From Malassezia furfur (lineage: Eukaryota): a stretch of 33,578 nt of DNA. How positions within the stretch are numbered: the first letter of the stretch is position 1; each line of letters opens with the position of its first letter. The position numbers were made by a program, and so were the translations under genes. The stretch lies in the NCBI GenBank assembly GCA_052055015.1, contig JBQJIT010000079.1; one strand, given 5' to 3'. The notes below the pieces were generated by a model that did not search any database, had not been told where the DNA came from, and worked only from the letters and a program-made list of their open reading frames with translations. Positions 1-9,616 of this stretch are shown here, one piece after another.

Positions 1-9
1 GCCACCTAC

Positions 10-86
10 TTCAGCTCGCTGTTTCCGAACGTCGTGAACGTCGAGTTATGCGCGACTGCCGTCTGCGCCTTCTTAAAGATCGACAT
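10..86 (-). CDS. First coding exon of a probable eisosome PIL1/LSP1-domain (BAR) protein; gene continues off the left edge
   Basis: Minus-strand ATG at 86 reads MSIFKKAQTAVAHNSTFTTFGNSEL and is followed by a GTAGGT donor at 9. The A-x-AHNST...GN.(D/E)L pattern resembles basidiomycete PIL1-domain N-termini as I recall them. Only 25 codons are visible. Confidence 0.5.
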
Positions 87-280
87 GACTGCCTCCTCTC
101 ACCAGTCCACCACACGGATATCCAGCTGGGCTCCGAGAAAAAACGGAAGCGCGTCGACGCCCTGCATGCCGGGCAGGGCCCCGACCTGGATGAGTCAGCA
201 CCACGTGTGGAACGTGCAGTGGAGGTGGAAGAACGTTGACCATGCCGCCGTGCAGTACGCACAAACGCAAGCGCAGTGCG

Positions 281-1735
281 ATGCGCGCGGACCGTGCGCG
301 CGCCATCGCTGCCGGCGGAGGGCGCTGCATTGCGACAGTATATACACACCATGGGGGAGAGGAGCGCGAAGAGGCAATCGCTGCCCACCCATTCAATCAC
401 CAGGTACGCACACACATCGCATTTGTCTCACCCAGCTCGACCTTCTCATTCCATGTGCAGACGAAGACACTGAGGCAAGCACAAAGTCGCTTGTCCACAC
501 CATTCAAACGCTCACTGGTAAAACGTATCCGTACATGGCACATGTCCCCCTTACACTGTTCCTCACGCCCGCCTTTGTCGCACACTATATCTACAGCGGC
601 GCCCTGTACGCGATGAGCATGACGCACCTCGACACCCAAGATACAGTTTGTCTCGATGGACAGGGCATGCTGATTCTCTCCCTCACCAAAGATACCTATC
701 ATACGCTGGGCCTCGTCGGTCGGCCGTGCCGATTCAGTCGCGGCGCATCGGGTCGCATGGGCGACCGAAAAAGCGGGCCTGTGTCTCGTTACTGTATGTG
801 CGCGCTGTACTCACACAGTGGTTGAACTACCGCTACTTTCTCCTTCGTTTGTTCCAGGAAAAAAAGGTTACGAACGCGCATACCAATGTCTAGACGCGTG
901 GGATAAGCGCCGCGCGCAACAGGGCATGGGACCCACACCCGCAACTTGGCCCATGCTGTTCGTGTGGGATCCACCCCGACGTACAGAGGCACCTGAGTAC
1001 ACGACCGCAAAAGTCCAATTCCCAGAAGCGCTCGTTCCGCCGCACCAGGTGCGTGCATGCCCGCTGGAGGTGCGCGTACACCACCTTCGGGACGTATGGG
1101 TCCCGAGTTTGGAATTGCATGGGGAATCCTCTACCAATTTTTTGCTCGCAGACCATGTTTCCGATGCATGGACTGAACAGTATCGAACTCTACTGGAATA
1201 CGCGGGGCTCTTGATGATGCACTCGCCCCGACTGGAGACGTTTGATCGATGTGATCCTTCGATTGCACAGTACTTTGCACCGGCACCATCTGTGGCTGGT
1301 TCTGCGCTACACGTTTGCATCCGCGGCTTTTTTCCCTCGATGCTCGCCGGGGCAATCGTTCGCCAAGTCGAGGATCATCTGGCTCAGCCCCATGCCTTCC
1401 CACCAAACACAACATCGATGAAAAAGTGGGCCATTGCCTCCCTGATGGGTTTCCCTGATACCCCCATTGCTTGGCGCACCGCATACCCTGGCCTGGGGCT
1501 TGCGCTGGGATCAGGTCAAAGTTTACAAGGTGCAGGACGGCCACAGCCGTCCCCGCCCGCGCGGAAAGCACGTGGTAAAGGTGTCCTTCGGCGCGGCGAA
1601 AGCGAGCACGGTTTTTTGCGTACGGGAGAAAATGGATGGACCGCGTTCCTTTTTCCTGCTCCCTCCACGGGCACCGCTGCCCGTCGTCAAGGCACGTTGT
1701 TCATAGAGTCGCTCGAGCTAGACACGCGCAATTGA
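281..1735 (+). CDS. RPP40: Ribonuclease P/MRP 40 kDa subunit-like protein; exons 281-403, 436-793, 819-1735
   Basis: Introns 404-435 (GTACGC..CTCAC.CAG) and 794-818 (GTATGT..CTCAC.ACAG) join three ORF frames. HPFNHQ|LDLLIP, G.LILSLTKDTY..LGL.G, IRGF, WA..SLMGFPDTPIAW and EHGF..GEN match Rpp40-family motifs. Confidence 0.8.
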
Positions 1736-1820
1736 CGCCCAATCGGAGATCGGGCGTGATTGATTGGATCGGGCTCAGCACTTGCCGGGGCCCTGGGGTA
1801 ATATGTGGCCCTAGCGGACT

Positions 1821-2907
1821 ATGACGATGCAGCCAGTCCGTATGCTACGCCCTTTGCTCGCGCAGACGCTTCGCACCCGCGCTTTGCGCCCGATTGCACC
1901 CCTATCGCGCGGACTGTCATGCACGAAGCTGGTAGGGCAACAAGAGTCGTCCCAGCCAGGCTTCTTTGAGGTACGCCGCCGTTGATCACTGACGATTAGG
2001 CGCTCTTGCACGGCTCCGGCGAGGGTAAGGATGATTCCGCCGTGAACGATGCGCGCATGAACCTTACCTCGAGCAATATCTGGGACATCCAACGTGAGTA
2101 TAGGCAATGGCTGAGGCAGGTGTCCATGTGAAGCCCGAAAAGATGGCAGAGTACCGTGCGATGACGTACGTGCATGGCACTAATCCAGCTCCAAGTACCA
2201 CCCGATGATTGAGGAGCACTACAAAGATGTGCTGAAGTGGGCTGGTAGCTGGGAAGTCGTCGTGGGAGATATCGGCTACTTTTGTACGTCAAGAGAGCTC
2301 ATGCACAGACCATTTCTGGCGCTACCAGAACTACGCCGGCGTGGACAAGTTTGAACGAGAGACGGTCACTGATGCCGTATGTGCATGTCGACTTACCTCA
2401 GCTCCAACGGGAGTACCGTGAGCACGTTTACCCGCTCTCGTATTCTCGCCAGAACTGGCTCACGCAAGCCTTTTCGTTCTGGAACCCGACGCTGCCACCA
2501 AAGAACCTCGACACGATCTATGAGTTGCGCACGTACCACCTGAAGCCTGGTCATCTCCTCGAGTGGGAACGCGACTGGTACGTTACTCCGATGCTCATGG
2601 CAGGCGCAAAGGACTCGAGGCTCGCCGCCCGTATCAGGAGCCGGTGGGCGCCTGGTTCTCGCATGTGGGTGAACTGCACACAGTGTTCCACATCTGGGAG
2701 TACCCGTCGCTGGAGGAGCGCGAAAAGACGCGCGCAGCCGCCTGGCAGGTTGAAGTACGTTTGTGCACAACGACAACTAACTATCTAGGCATGGAGCACG
2801 ACGGTGAACAAGGTATGCATGCCTTTTCTCTCAGCTAACGACAGACCGTCCGCTTGATCGACAGCATGCACTCGCAGATCATGCGGCCGATTGCGTACCG
2901 TACGTGA
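1821..2907 (+). CDS. NIPSNAP: NIPSNAP family mitochondrial protein; 9 exons
   Basis: Introns 1971-1999, 2094-2119, 2166-2188, 2284-2308, 2377-2401, 2578-2603, 2755-2788 and 2813-2844 give one continuous frame. It has an Arg-rich presequence, LLHGS, GSWEVVVGD..YHFWRY, IYELRTYHLKPGHLLEW and VGAWFSHVGELHTVFHIWEYPSLEERE. The 3' end is uncertain because a donor-like GTACGT lies at 2900. Confidence 0.9.
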
Positions 2908-3376
2908 GCATTGTCGGTGGGCGGCGCGGCGGGGATCGCGACCTCCACAAGTGATGTATCCCTTGCAGCACCCCAGCTGGTCTCGCCCGCGTCCCCTTGC
3001 GCAGGCGTTCCCTGCCCCGTAGAAAGGATCAAATCGGCCGAAAGTAACCAACCAATTGGGAAATAGAGAACTGCCACGCGTGATTACGCCGTACTGTCAG
3101 AATGCGCTCTCGGCCGGGTTGCCCCAGATCGTGGACAGTGGCTGGCTGTCCCCAAGCGCCTTGCGTGAGAGCAGGGCCCAGCCACCGAGCCCACTCGGTG
3201 CCAGGCAGGCGTAGCCGACGCCGAAGGGACGGGGCCGATCGGATCGGGAGCCCCTGGATCGAGGCGCTCCGCGCGCGAGTATCGCACGCGTCCTTGAACC
3301 TAAACGGCTTCGCATCCCGCGCCTCTTCAGCCCGACATACCCAGTGTGCGAAGATAGGGGAGCAAATTTCGAGGTG

Positions 3377-6300
3377 ATGATCCCCTTCTCTGGCCCTGGT
3401 GGCAGTCCGTCCGTGATGCCCCCCCAAACCGCCGGTTCGTCGGACGAGGCACAGGCGGGGTCGTATGGTATCAGCCCGACGAACAACCTATCTCACGCGG
3501 CCGGCCCGAGTGCGAATAAGCCTTACGGAACACCGTATTCCTCGGTTCATATGCCGCATACAATGGATGCGCTCGATTTGTCCATGTCTCCGCCGTACAT
3601 GCAGCGTATGTCGGCGATGAATGCCCATGGACTGGTCGAGTCGCCCAAGCCCTTCCAGCAGCCGCAGTCGCTTGATGGAAAGCGGCGGCGTACTTCTGCT
3701 GCGACGGCGACCATGAGCCCCTTGCTTGGCACACCGATGCATGGCCCGCCGTCGGGCGAGCACGACGTAGGGCAGATGGGACAACCGGTACGTGCCGCCG
3801 GCTCACACCAGTACATGCATCCCTACCCCATTGGGTTAGGTGTGCACAATACCCCGCCCAATACAGGTTTCTGTTTTCCGCCGGGGATATCTTCGATGCC
3901 GGTGCCTGAGACACCGACGAGCGTCGCGAGTGCACCCGGTGGGCTGCTCAACCAGCAAAATAGCCAGAGCCCGTTGGCGCATCGTGGCACGTTCCATTCC
4001 GTCCAAGGAGAGTTGCCCATAATGCCCAACATGATGGTGCATCAGCAACAGAAGCTGGGGCATGGCATGCCCCCACTGCAGCCCAATATGCATCCGGCGC
4101 AACCCGCGTTCTATGAGTCGCCTACGGCCCGGCGCGTCGGCAGCCATGGTGCTGTGCCGCCCTGGCCTACGCCCGACAGTGATTGCTTCTTCAACGTGTC
4201 ACCGGCCGGTCGGTCGAGCGGTGCAATGCTGCCACCCGGCCAGCAGCCGTCGGCCATGCGACCCGTGCCCCTGCAGCGGCAGTACAGCGCGCCGCAGCCA
4301 CGCGTAACACGGGAGCGAACCGAGCGTAAGGCGTCGACGGATGTGTGGCCCGACGATGTCGAGGTCGCGTTCTGGGAGGCGCTCCGGCTGATTCCCAAAC
4401 TGGGGCGCCGCAAGGTCCTCGTGCATGGAAAGCCGTGCGGACGCAACGAACTAATTGCCGACTACATTGAGCGCAAGACGAACAAGACGCGCTCGCGCAA
4501 GCAAGTCTCGAGTCACATCCAGGTGCTCAAAAATGTCAAACGCAACGATCCCGAGTTCCAGCAGCTAATTGCCGAGCCCGCCGCCGAGGAAGATTACTAC
4601 ACACCGGCGGGCGGCATGATGTATGCGCAGCCTCTGGCCGACTACAGTAGTGGCCTGCTAGGCGTGTCGCTGCTGACGGCGCCCAACGACCCGTCGCTGA
4701 TCGTGTCGCCCTCGCCGCTGTCCTCGGCGACGCTCTCGCCAAACCCCAACTTGATGAGCCCGCTGCCGTCTGGCCTGTCACCGCGGGGCTCGCCCGCGAC
4801 GGGCGCGATCGCGAGTGCACTCGACAACCTGCACTTTACCGCGTCGCCCAAACCCATGGCGCAAGGTGCATTCTCACCGCAGCATATGGCAGAGACGACG
4901 CTCCTGGCAGACGTGGACCCCCCGCCGATGGTGCTTCCGTCGAGCTTTTCGATGTGGACGTATGCGTCTACCACGGAGGACAAGCATGTCTACGCCAAGC
5001 TTGACTCGGCCGCATTGTCGCGTGTGTTGCAGAACGCGACGCCGCTGCCCGTGCTGCCGCTGAGTGCACCCAACTTGTCGAGCTTCCGCTTCCCGAAGCT
5101 GGACGAGATGTACAAGCAGCTTGCATGTCCGTGCTTCCACGTGCATGTGCCGCTGTCGCTACCGCGCCTCGCGCCGACCTCACCGCCGTTTGACCGGTTC
5201 GGCGTGGCACTGTCGCTGGCCAGTACCAAGAACACGCCGCTGTTGTCGGTTCTGTCGATCTACTCGCACTCCAAGTGCGTCTTGTCGATGGTCGAGCGGC
5301 TCGAGGCGCCACGCCCCCTCGCGATGCGCCGCGCCGACTCGCTCAACACGCGCTCGCCGCTGCCCACCGGGGAGGCGCTTGCGCCCGAGGCGAGTGGCGC
5401 TGGGGAGGCGCCCGCAGCGACGTCCGCCGATGGAGCCAAGTCGCCCGCGATGGGCACGCAGGACAAGTACCGCTGGTCGTACCAGGCGCCGTTTGCGTCC
5501 GAGTTCTGGGCCGACTTTTTGTCCCGCAACCACCCCGTGCATATGTACGGGAGCGGCGGACTGGACGTTGCCCCCGCATTCTGCAAGGAGCCCAGCGAAC
5601 GCGCCGCCCTGGGGCTGGCGGTGAGCGGCGTGACGTTTGTGCAAGAGTTTGTGCTGCCCCACAACGCCGACACCCCCGTGCACACCGTGCAGAACCCGCC
5701 GGAACTGAGTGGGCCGCATGTCAGCCCAGGAAGCAAGCTCGGCGAGGTGGTGTGTGTGGTGGCGTGGGAGTACGAATGCGTCGAGATGCCGAGCAAGCAG
5801 TCGGGCGTGCCTGTCGTGTCGCTGATCAAGAACACGGCGCACACCAGCGCCGCCCCTACGCCCAGCGAGCCTAACACGCCGCAGAAAAGCGCCGCAACGA
5901 CGGTACCCAGCACGCCGACGCCGCGGCCCAAGACCATGCTTGGCCTCGAGCTGCAGCCGGCCAACGAGGCGCTGGCGGATTCCGAGCACGTTGGCGCACA
6001 GCCCAGCACACCGCCGCGCGCCACGACTGGCCGCACCGGCGGCGAGGCGTCCGCACGGGATGCCGAGGGCGCTGCAAGCTCGCTTGACGCGCCGCACGCC
6101 GGAGCGAGCACGGGGGGTATGCGGCTGCCGTTGCCGCGCCTCACGACCACCGAGCCGTCGCCACAGGCGCCCGCGGCACTCCAGCGCGATCCGACGCCCG
6201 GGCAGGCCCCGTCGTCGGCGCACGCGCTCGCCGACATGGCGGGGCGCGAGCGTGGCGCCGCGGCCAAAAACGCGGCAAGCAGGTCTGTGGCGGGACTGCA

Positions 6301-6832
6301 GCCCGGGGCGCACTCGCCCTTCCTTTTGCAAAACAACCTTACGAACGACCAGCCGAATTACTCGGCCTTCCTCAACGACACGGGTCATGCCAGCACTCTG
6401 CTCCCCTCAATGAAGTTTGAATCGCTTCACTCGAGCGTCGACCTCCCGTCGTCGTCGTCGAGCGATTCATTCCCGACGGTGTCTGCGCCGATGCGGTCCA
6501 ACTCGATGAGCGTGTTGGACGAGCACGAGTCGGGTCTGCCGATCGGCACCTCCGCCGGCATGAGCGCGACGGTCAATTCGCTCACCGATCCGCTCGCCTT
6601 TGATGCGTCAGGCGACGCGTCTATGCGCCTCGGCATCTCGGCCGGCCAGATGCCGTGGTCGCTGCAGCAGGACTTCATGGACGCCTTCCTCAACAACCCC
6701 ACCTCGGACACGGTCCTGGTCGGACCTGGCTCGCCTCCCAGTGTCTCACCCACCACGCTCACTTTTTCCACTGCTCAGGATACCAGCGCGCGGACACAGC
6801 CGCTCGACGTTTCGCTGATGTCTACCCTGTAA
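3377..6832 (+). CDS. TEC1: TEA/ATTS-domain transcription factor (Tec1/AbaA/TEAD family)
   Basis: TEA domain at ~4340-4535: [24 protein letters not shown]...[31 protein letters not shown]. First in-frame ATG at 3377. Long P/S/Q-rich disordered flanks. The symbol marks the family; orthology is not proven. Confidence 0.92.
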   Translation: MIPFSGPGGSPSVMPPQTAGSSDEAQAGSYGISPTNNLSHAAGPSANKPYGTPYSSVHMPHTMDALDLSMSPPYMQRMSAMNAHGLVESPKPFQQPQSLDGKRRRTSAATATMSPLLGTPMHGPPSGEHDVGQMGQPVRAAGSHQYMHPYPIGLGVHNTPPNTGFCFPPGISSMPVPETPTSVASAPGGLLNQQNSQSPLAHRGTFHSVQGELPIMPNMMVHQQQKLGHGMPPLQPNMHPAQPAFYESPTARRVGSHGAVPPWPTPDSDCFFNVSPAGRSSGAMLPPGQQPSAMRPVPLQRQYSAPQPRVTRERTERKASTDVWPDDVEVAFWEALRLIPKLGRRKVLVHGKPCGRNELIADYIERKTNKTRSRKQVSSHIQVLKNVKRNDPEFQQLIAEPAAEEDYYTPAGGMMYAQPLADYSSGLLGVSLLTAPNDPSLIVSPSPLSSATLSPNPNLMSPLPSGLSPRGSPATGAIASALDNLHFTASPKPMAQGAFSPQHMAETTLLADVDPPPMVLPSSFSMWTYASTTEDKHVYAKLDSAALSRVLQNATPLPVLPLSAPNLSSFRFPKLDEMYKQLACPCFHVHVPLSLPRLAPTSPPFDRFGVALSLASTKNTPLLSVLSIYSHSKCVLSMVERLEAPRPLAMRRADSLNTRSPLPTGEALAPEASGAGEAPAATSADGAKSPAMGTQDKYRWSYQAPFASEFWADFLSRNHPVHMYGSGGLDVAPAFCKEPSERAALGLAVSGVTFVQEFVLPHNADTPVHTVQNPPELSGPHVSPGSKLGEVVCVVAWEYECVEMPSKQSGVPVVSLIKNTAHTSAAPTPSEPNTPQKSAATTVPSTPTPRPKTMLGLELQPANEALADSEHVGAQPSTPPRATTGRTGGEASARDAEGAASSLDAPHAGASTGGMRLPLPRLTTTEPSPQAPAALQRDPTPGQAPSSAHALADMAGRERGAAAKNAASRSVAGLQPGAHSPFLLQNNLTNDQPNYSAFLNDTGHASTLLPSMKFESLHSSVDLPSSSSSDSFPTVSAPMRSNSMSVLDEHESGLPIGTSAGMSATVNSLTDPLAFDASGDASMRLGISAGQMPWSLQQDFMDAFLNNPTSDTVLVGPGSPPSVSPTTLTFSTAQDTSARTQPLDVSLMSTL

Positions 6833-6983
6833 TGTCCATGCCTTTCTTTGCTTGCCTGTGCACGCGACAGGCCCTTCTTCCTCCCTGTTCCCTCTCGCAT
6901 GCCTTTTGAGGACCTCCACCTACATCGTATCTATCTCATGTAGCTCTACCGGGCACAAATTAGCCCAATTTTGCCACCGTCTC

Positions 6984-7634
6984 ATGGCCTCCACTATGGA
7001 CAACGCGAACCCGGTGGTCTATGCCACCCGGGTCGACCAACCCCGCGAGGCTGAGCAGCGCGCCGCTGCCAAGTCAACGCAGTGGTGGCGCGACGATCGC
7101 CTCGCTCCCCACGCGCACCTGTTTGCCCCTGACGATGCCGAGAGCGACGACGAGAGCAGCGACGACAGCGACGTTCCGCGCGACGCCCTCGACGCGCGCG
7201 AGGTGTTTGACCTTGTGCGCTCCATCACCGACCCGGAGCATCCACTGACACTCGAGCAGCTCGCTGTGGTCAACGAGCAGCACATCACCGTCGACGAAGG
7301 GGACCCAGCCACCAAGCGCGCGCCGCATGTCTTGCTCGAATTCACGCCCACGATCCCGCATTGTAGCATGGCAACGCTGATCGGCCTCTCGCTGCGCGTA
7401 CGGCTGCTGCGCGCGCTTCCGGCCAAGTACAAGGTGGACATCCGCATCCGCCAAGGCACGCACCAGTCCGAGAACGCGATCAACAAGCAGCTCAATGACA
7501 AGGAGCGCGTCGCAGCGGCGCTCGAGAACAAGCACCTGCTGGGCGTCGTGCACGGGTGCCTCGCCACCTCGGCCCAGCGGGGCGCCGGTACCAAGATGCC
7601 AACAGACGGCTCGCCCTTGCTTACTACTAGCTAG
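6984..7634 (+). CDS. CIA2: Cytosolic Fe-S cluster assembly component, MIP18/FAM96B family
   Basis: [40 protein letters not shown] and [21 protein letters not shown] are family hallmarks; N-terminal MDNANPVVY. Confidence 0.95.
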   Translation: MASTMDNANPVVYATRVDQPREAEQRAAAKSTQWWRDDRLAPHAHLFAPDDAESDDESSDDSDVPRDALDAREVFDLVRSITDPEHPLTLEQLAVVNEQHITVDEGDPATKRAPHVLLEFTPTIPHCSMATLIGLSLRVRLLRALPAKYKVDIRIRQGTHQSENAINKQLNDKERVAAALENKHLLGVVHGCLATSAQRGAGTKMPTDGSPLLTTS

Positions 7635-7641
7635 TTGTACA

Positions 7642-9555
7642 TTAGGAGACGGGCACTGCCGGGCGCAGTTGCTCGAGCAAACTGTCTCCGTTCACCATCG
7701 ACGTCGTAGCGACCAGGAATCGCCGGTTGCGCTGCTGCCGGCTCATGAGCCGCAGCGCGGCAATCTCGGCATAGGTCACGCCACCCACAAAGAACACCAG
7801 GGTGGTCTTCACGGCGTCATCCGTCCCGGCGTCCTGTTCGGCCTCCTGCACAAAGTCGAACGTGGCCCCGGGCCAGTGCACGATCGAGTCGTCCACATTG
7901 CGCCACCCGGCAATGCGCGGCGCCGGCGGAAGCTCTTCGCGGCGCTGCTGACGCGCCAGCAGCACCTGGTCATGCTGGCAGATGGTCTGCACCAGACGCA
8001 ACGAGAGCGGTGCATACCCACTGAACACGTAGCTAATGTCCCGGGGCAATGCCTCGTCCACCTCGTCGTCGACCAGGCGCAGCGGCTTTTGCAGGTCCGC
8101 AAAGCGGCTAATGCGCATTCCTTTAGGGTGCACCGGCGGCACACTCAGCAAATGTAGCTGCTCCAGCGCGAGCAGCATGGGTAGGTACTCGTAGCCGTAC
8201 ATTTGAACCACACTCGCTTTGAACGCTTCGAGCCACTTCGCACGCATGTTGGCGCCCACGACACATGCGAGGCAAGCGAGACGCAGTACAGAGAGCACAG
8301 GCACCTGTAGGTATACCAGTTCTTCGATCGCGGCCAGCTGCTGAGAGAGCTGGTAGCCGGCGACCAAGTTCTGCTGGATCTCAAGGAGGCGATGGAAGCG
8401 CTCGGTCCGGGTCGTCTGCAGAAGATGCTCGACAACGTATGTGTGCAGCCGCAGACTCGCATGCTCACTCTGCAAGTTACCGAGGCGGCCCACAAACGCA
8501 CGGATCTCTTCCACCGTGTTGGCCTGGTGCCGGCCCTGGTAGTCCTGACTGATGCGTTTGGCGACGGTGTGCAGCTTTTCGCCCACTACCGCAAAGTTGT
8601 TGTCCTGAATCGCGCGGAACAGGGGGTCATCAGCGCCGTCAAGGCGAACTTTGCGTTTCGCCGCGGCCATCGATGTCGAGGCACGCCCCTGGGCCGCGGG
8701 CGCCGTCGCTCCGACCCACGACGCTTCGACGTCGACGTATCCGTTACGGATGCCCAGCGTCTCGTCAATCAAGCCCTCGTATGTGAGCTGTGTGGAAAGC
8801 GGTGTCACCATATCCACGGTGCGGTCAAGGACGATGAGCGCATCGATCTGCGGCGAGAGTGTCTGGAGGGCTGCATGGTTCGGCTCCGAAGCAAAGTGTT
8901 CGCGGCGCTGCCGCACGAGTAAGTCGCACAGCCGGTTCGCTAGGTCGCCCTTGCCCACAATGCGAGGGAAGAGGCCGTACGTACTTTGCATGGTCATCAG
9001 CGCCTGAGCCGACTGAAAGAGCAGGGTCTGGTCGCCGTCAAGGAACGTGCGCCGGAAGTCGGCGGCAGCTTCGAGGCTCAGTACGTCGGGGCTCAGTACA
9101 CTAAACTCGAGCGGGAAGTTGTGGATAGTGACATGTCGCAGCATGTTGTTCTTGCGCAAGTACTGCACGCAAGGCTCAGTGCGATAGGGCACGAACGCGA
9201 TCGCATAGTCGTGCTTGCGGTCGTCGCCATGAGCGATGGTATCTGCCTTGTAGTGCGCCAGAAGCGTATCAAGCCACCGGATCTCGGGGCGGAATAGGTA
9301 GACTAGGTTTCTGGTGGGAGCGTTCACCTGCTCGGGCTGCGACGGGGGTGTCGGCTCGAGCCAGAACATCTTGTCGACGCCATGCTGGCGCAAGGCGTGC
9401 ACGTCCAAAATGAGCCCAAGAGGACCGGCGAGGCTTGGGTCGATTAGCAGTGTCTTAGCCTCAGACACTGCATCGAGCGCGCTAATGAATGCATCGCGCG
9501 CGAGGCGCGCCAAAGGCGCGACGTCCACACCGTCCCACGCCGCGTCGCCGTCCAT
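7642..9555 (-). CDS. VPS33: Sec1/Munc18-family vacuolar sorting protein Vps33 (HOPS/CORVET)
   Basis: KTLLIDPSLAGPLGL, YGLFPRIVGKG, LIVLDRTVDMVTPLSTQLTYEGLIDE, DISYVFSGYAPLSLRLVQ and VFFVGGVTYAEIAALR. First true ATG at 9555. Confidence 0.95.
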   Translation of the reverse strand: MDGDAAWDGVDVAPLARLARDAFISALDAVSEAKTLLIDPSLAGPLGLILDVHALRQHGVDKMFWLEPTPPSQPEQVNAPTRNLVYLFRPEIRWLDTLLAHYKADTIAHGDDRKHDYAIAFVPYRTEPCVQYLRKNNMLRHVTIHNFPLEFSVLSPDVLSLEAAADFRRTFLDGDQTLLFQSAQALMTMQSTYGLFPRIVGKGDLANRLCDLLVRQRREHFASEPNHAALQTLSPQIDALIVLDRTVDMVTPLSTQLTYEGLIDETLGIRNGYVDVEASWVGATAPAAQGRASTSMAAAKRKVRLDGADDPLFRAIQDNNFAVVGEKLHTVAKRISQDYQGRHQANTVEEIRAFVGRLGNLQSEHASLRLHTYVVEHLLQTTRTERFHRLLEIQQNLVAGYQLSQQLAAIEELVYLQVPVLSVLRLACLACVVGANMRAKWLEAFKASVVQMYGYEYLPMLLALEQLHLLSVPPVHPKGMRISRFADLQKPLRLVDDEVDEALPRDISYVFSGYAPLSLRLVQTICQHDQVLLARQQRREELPPAPRIAGWRNVDDSIVHWPGATFDFVQEAEQDAGTDDAVKTTLVFFVGGVTYAEIAALRLMSRQQRNRRFLVATTSMVNGDSLLEQLRPAVPVS

Positions 9556-9582
9556 GCGCACTGGTTGAGCGTCCGGGGAACG

Positions 9583-9596
9583 TGACTGATGAGTCA
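9583..9596. promoter_or_regulatory. Candidate Gcn4/CpcA (AP-1 type) bZIP site in the VPS33-CRS1 divergent promoter
   Basis: TGACTgatgAGTCA contains ATGAGTCA (9589-9596), the reverse complement of the TGACTCAT consensus, 20 nt before the first CRS1 ATG. Confidence 0.45.
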
Positions 9597-9616
9597 GCGT
9601 GCGTGACGCGCGCAAG

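Noticed and set aside
186..262. Possible 5' UTR intron of the PIL1-like gene (minus strand GTGCGT...CTGAC.TCATCCAG, 77 nt)
   Set aside because: Much longer than any other intron here, it would put the TSS almost on the RPP40 ATG, and the same bases are equally explained as a bZIP site.
34..403. ORF-track N-termini from non-ATG or upstream starts (for example 34, 3344, 6852, 9702, 13078, 18308, 20762, 28030)
   Set aside because: These are prokaryote-style start calls. In a eukaryote the first suitable ATG or a spliced upstream exon fits family N-termini better.
2900..2968. Ninth NIPSNAP intron from GTACGT at 2900
   Set aside because: No nearby acceptor with a good branch site restores the usual SPL-type C-terminus. 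Left unresolved; the stop at 2905-2907 is used.
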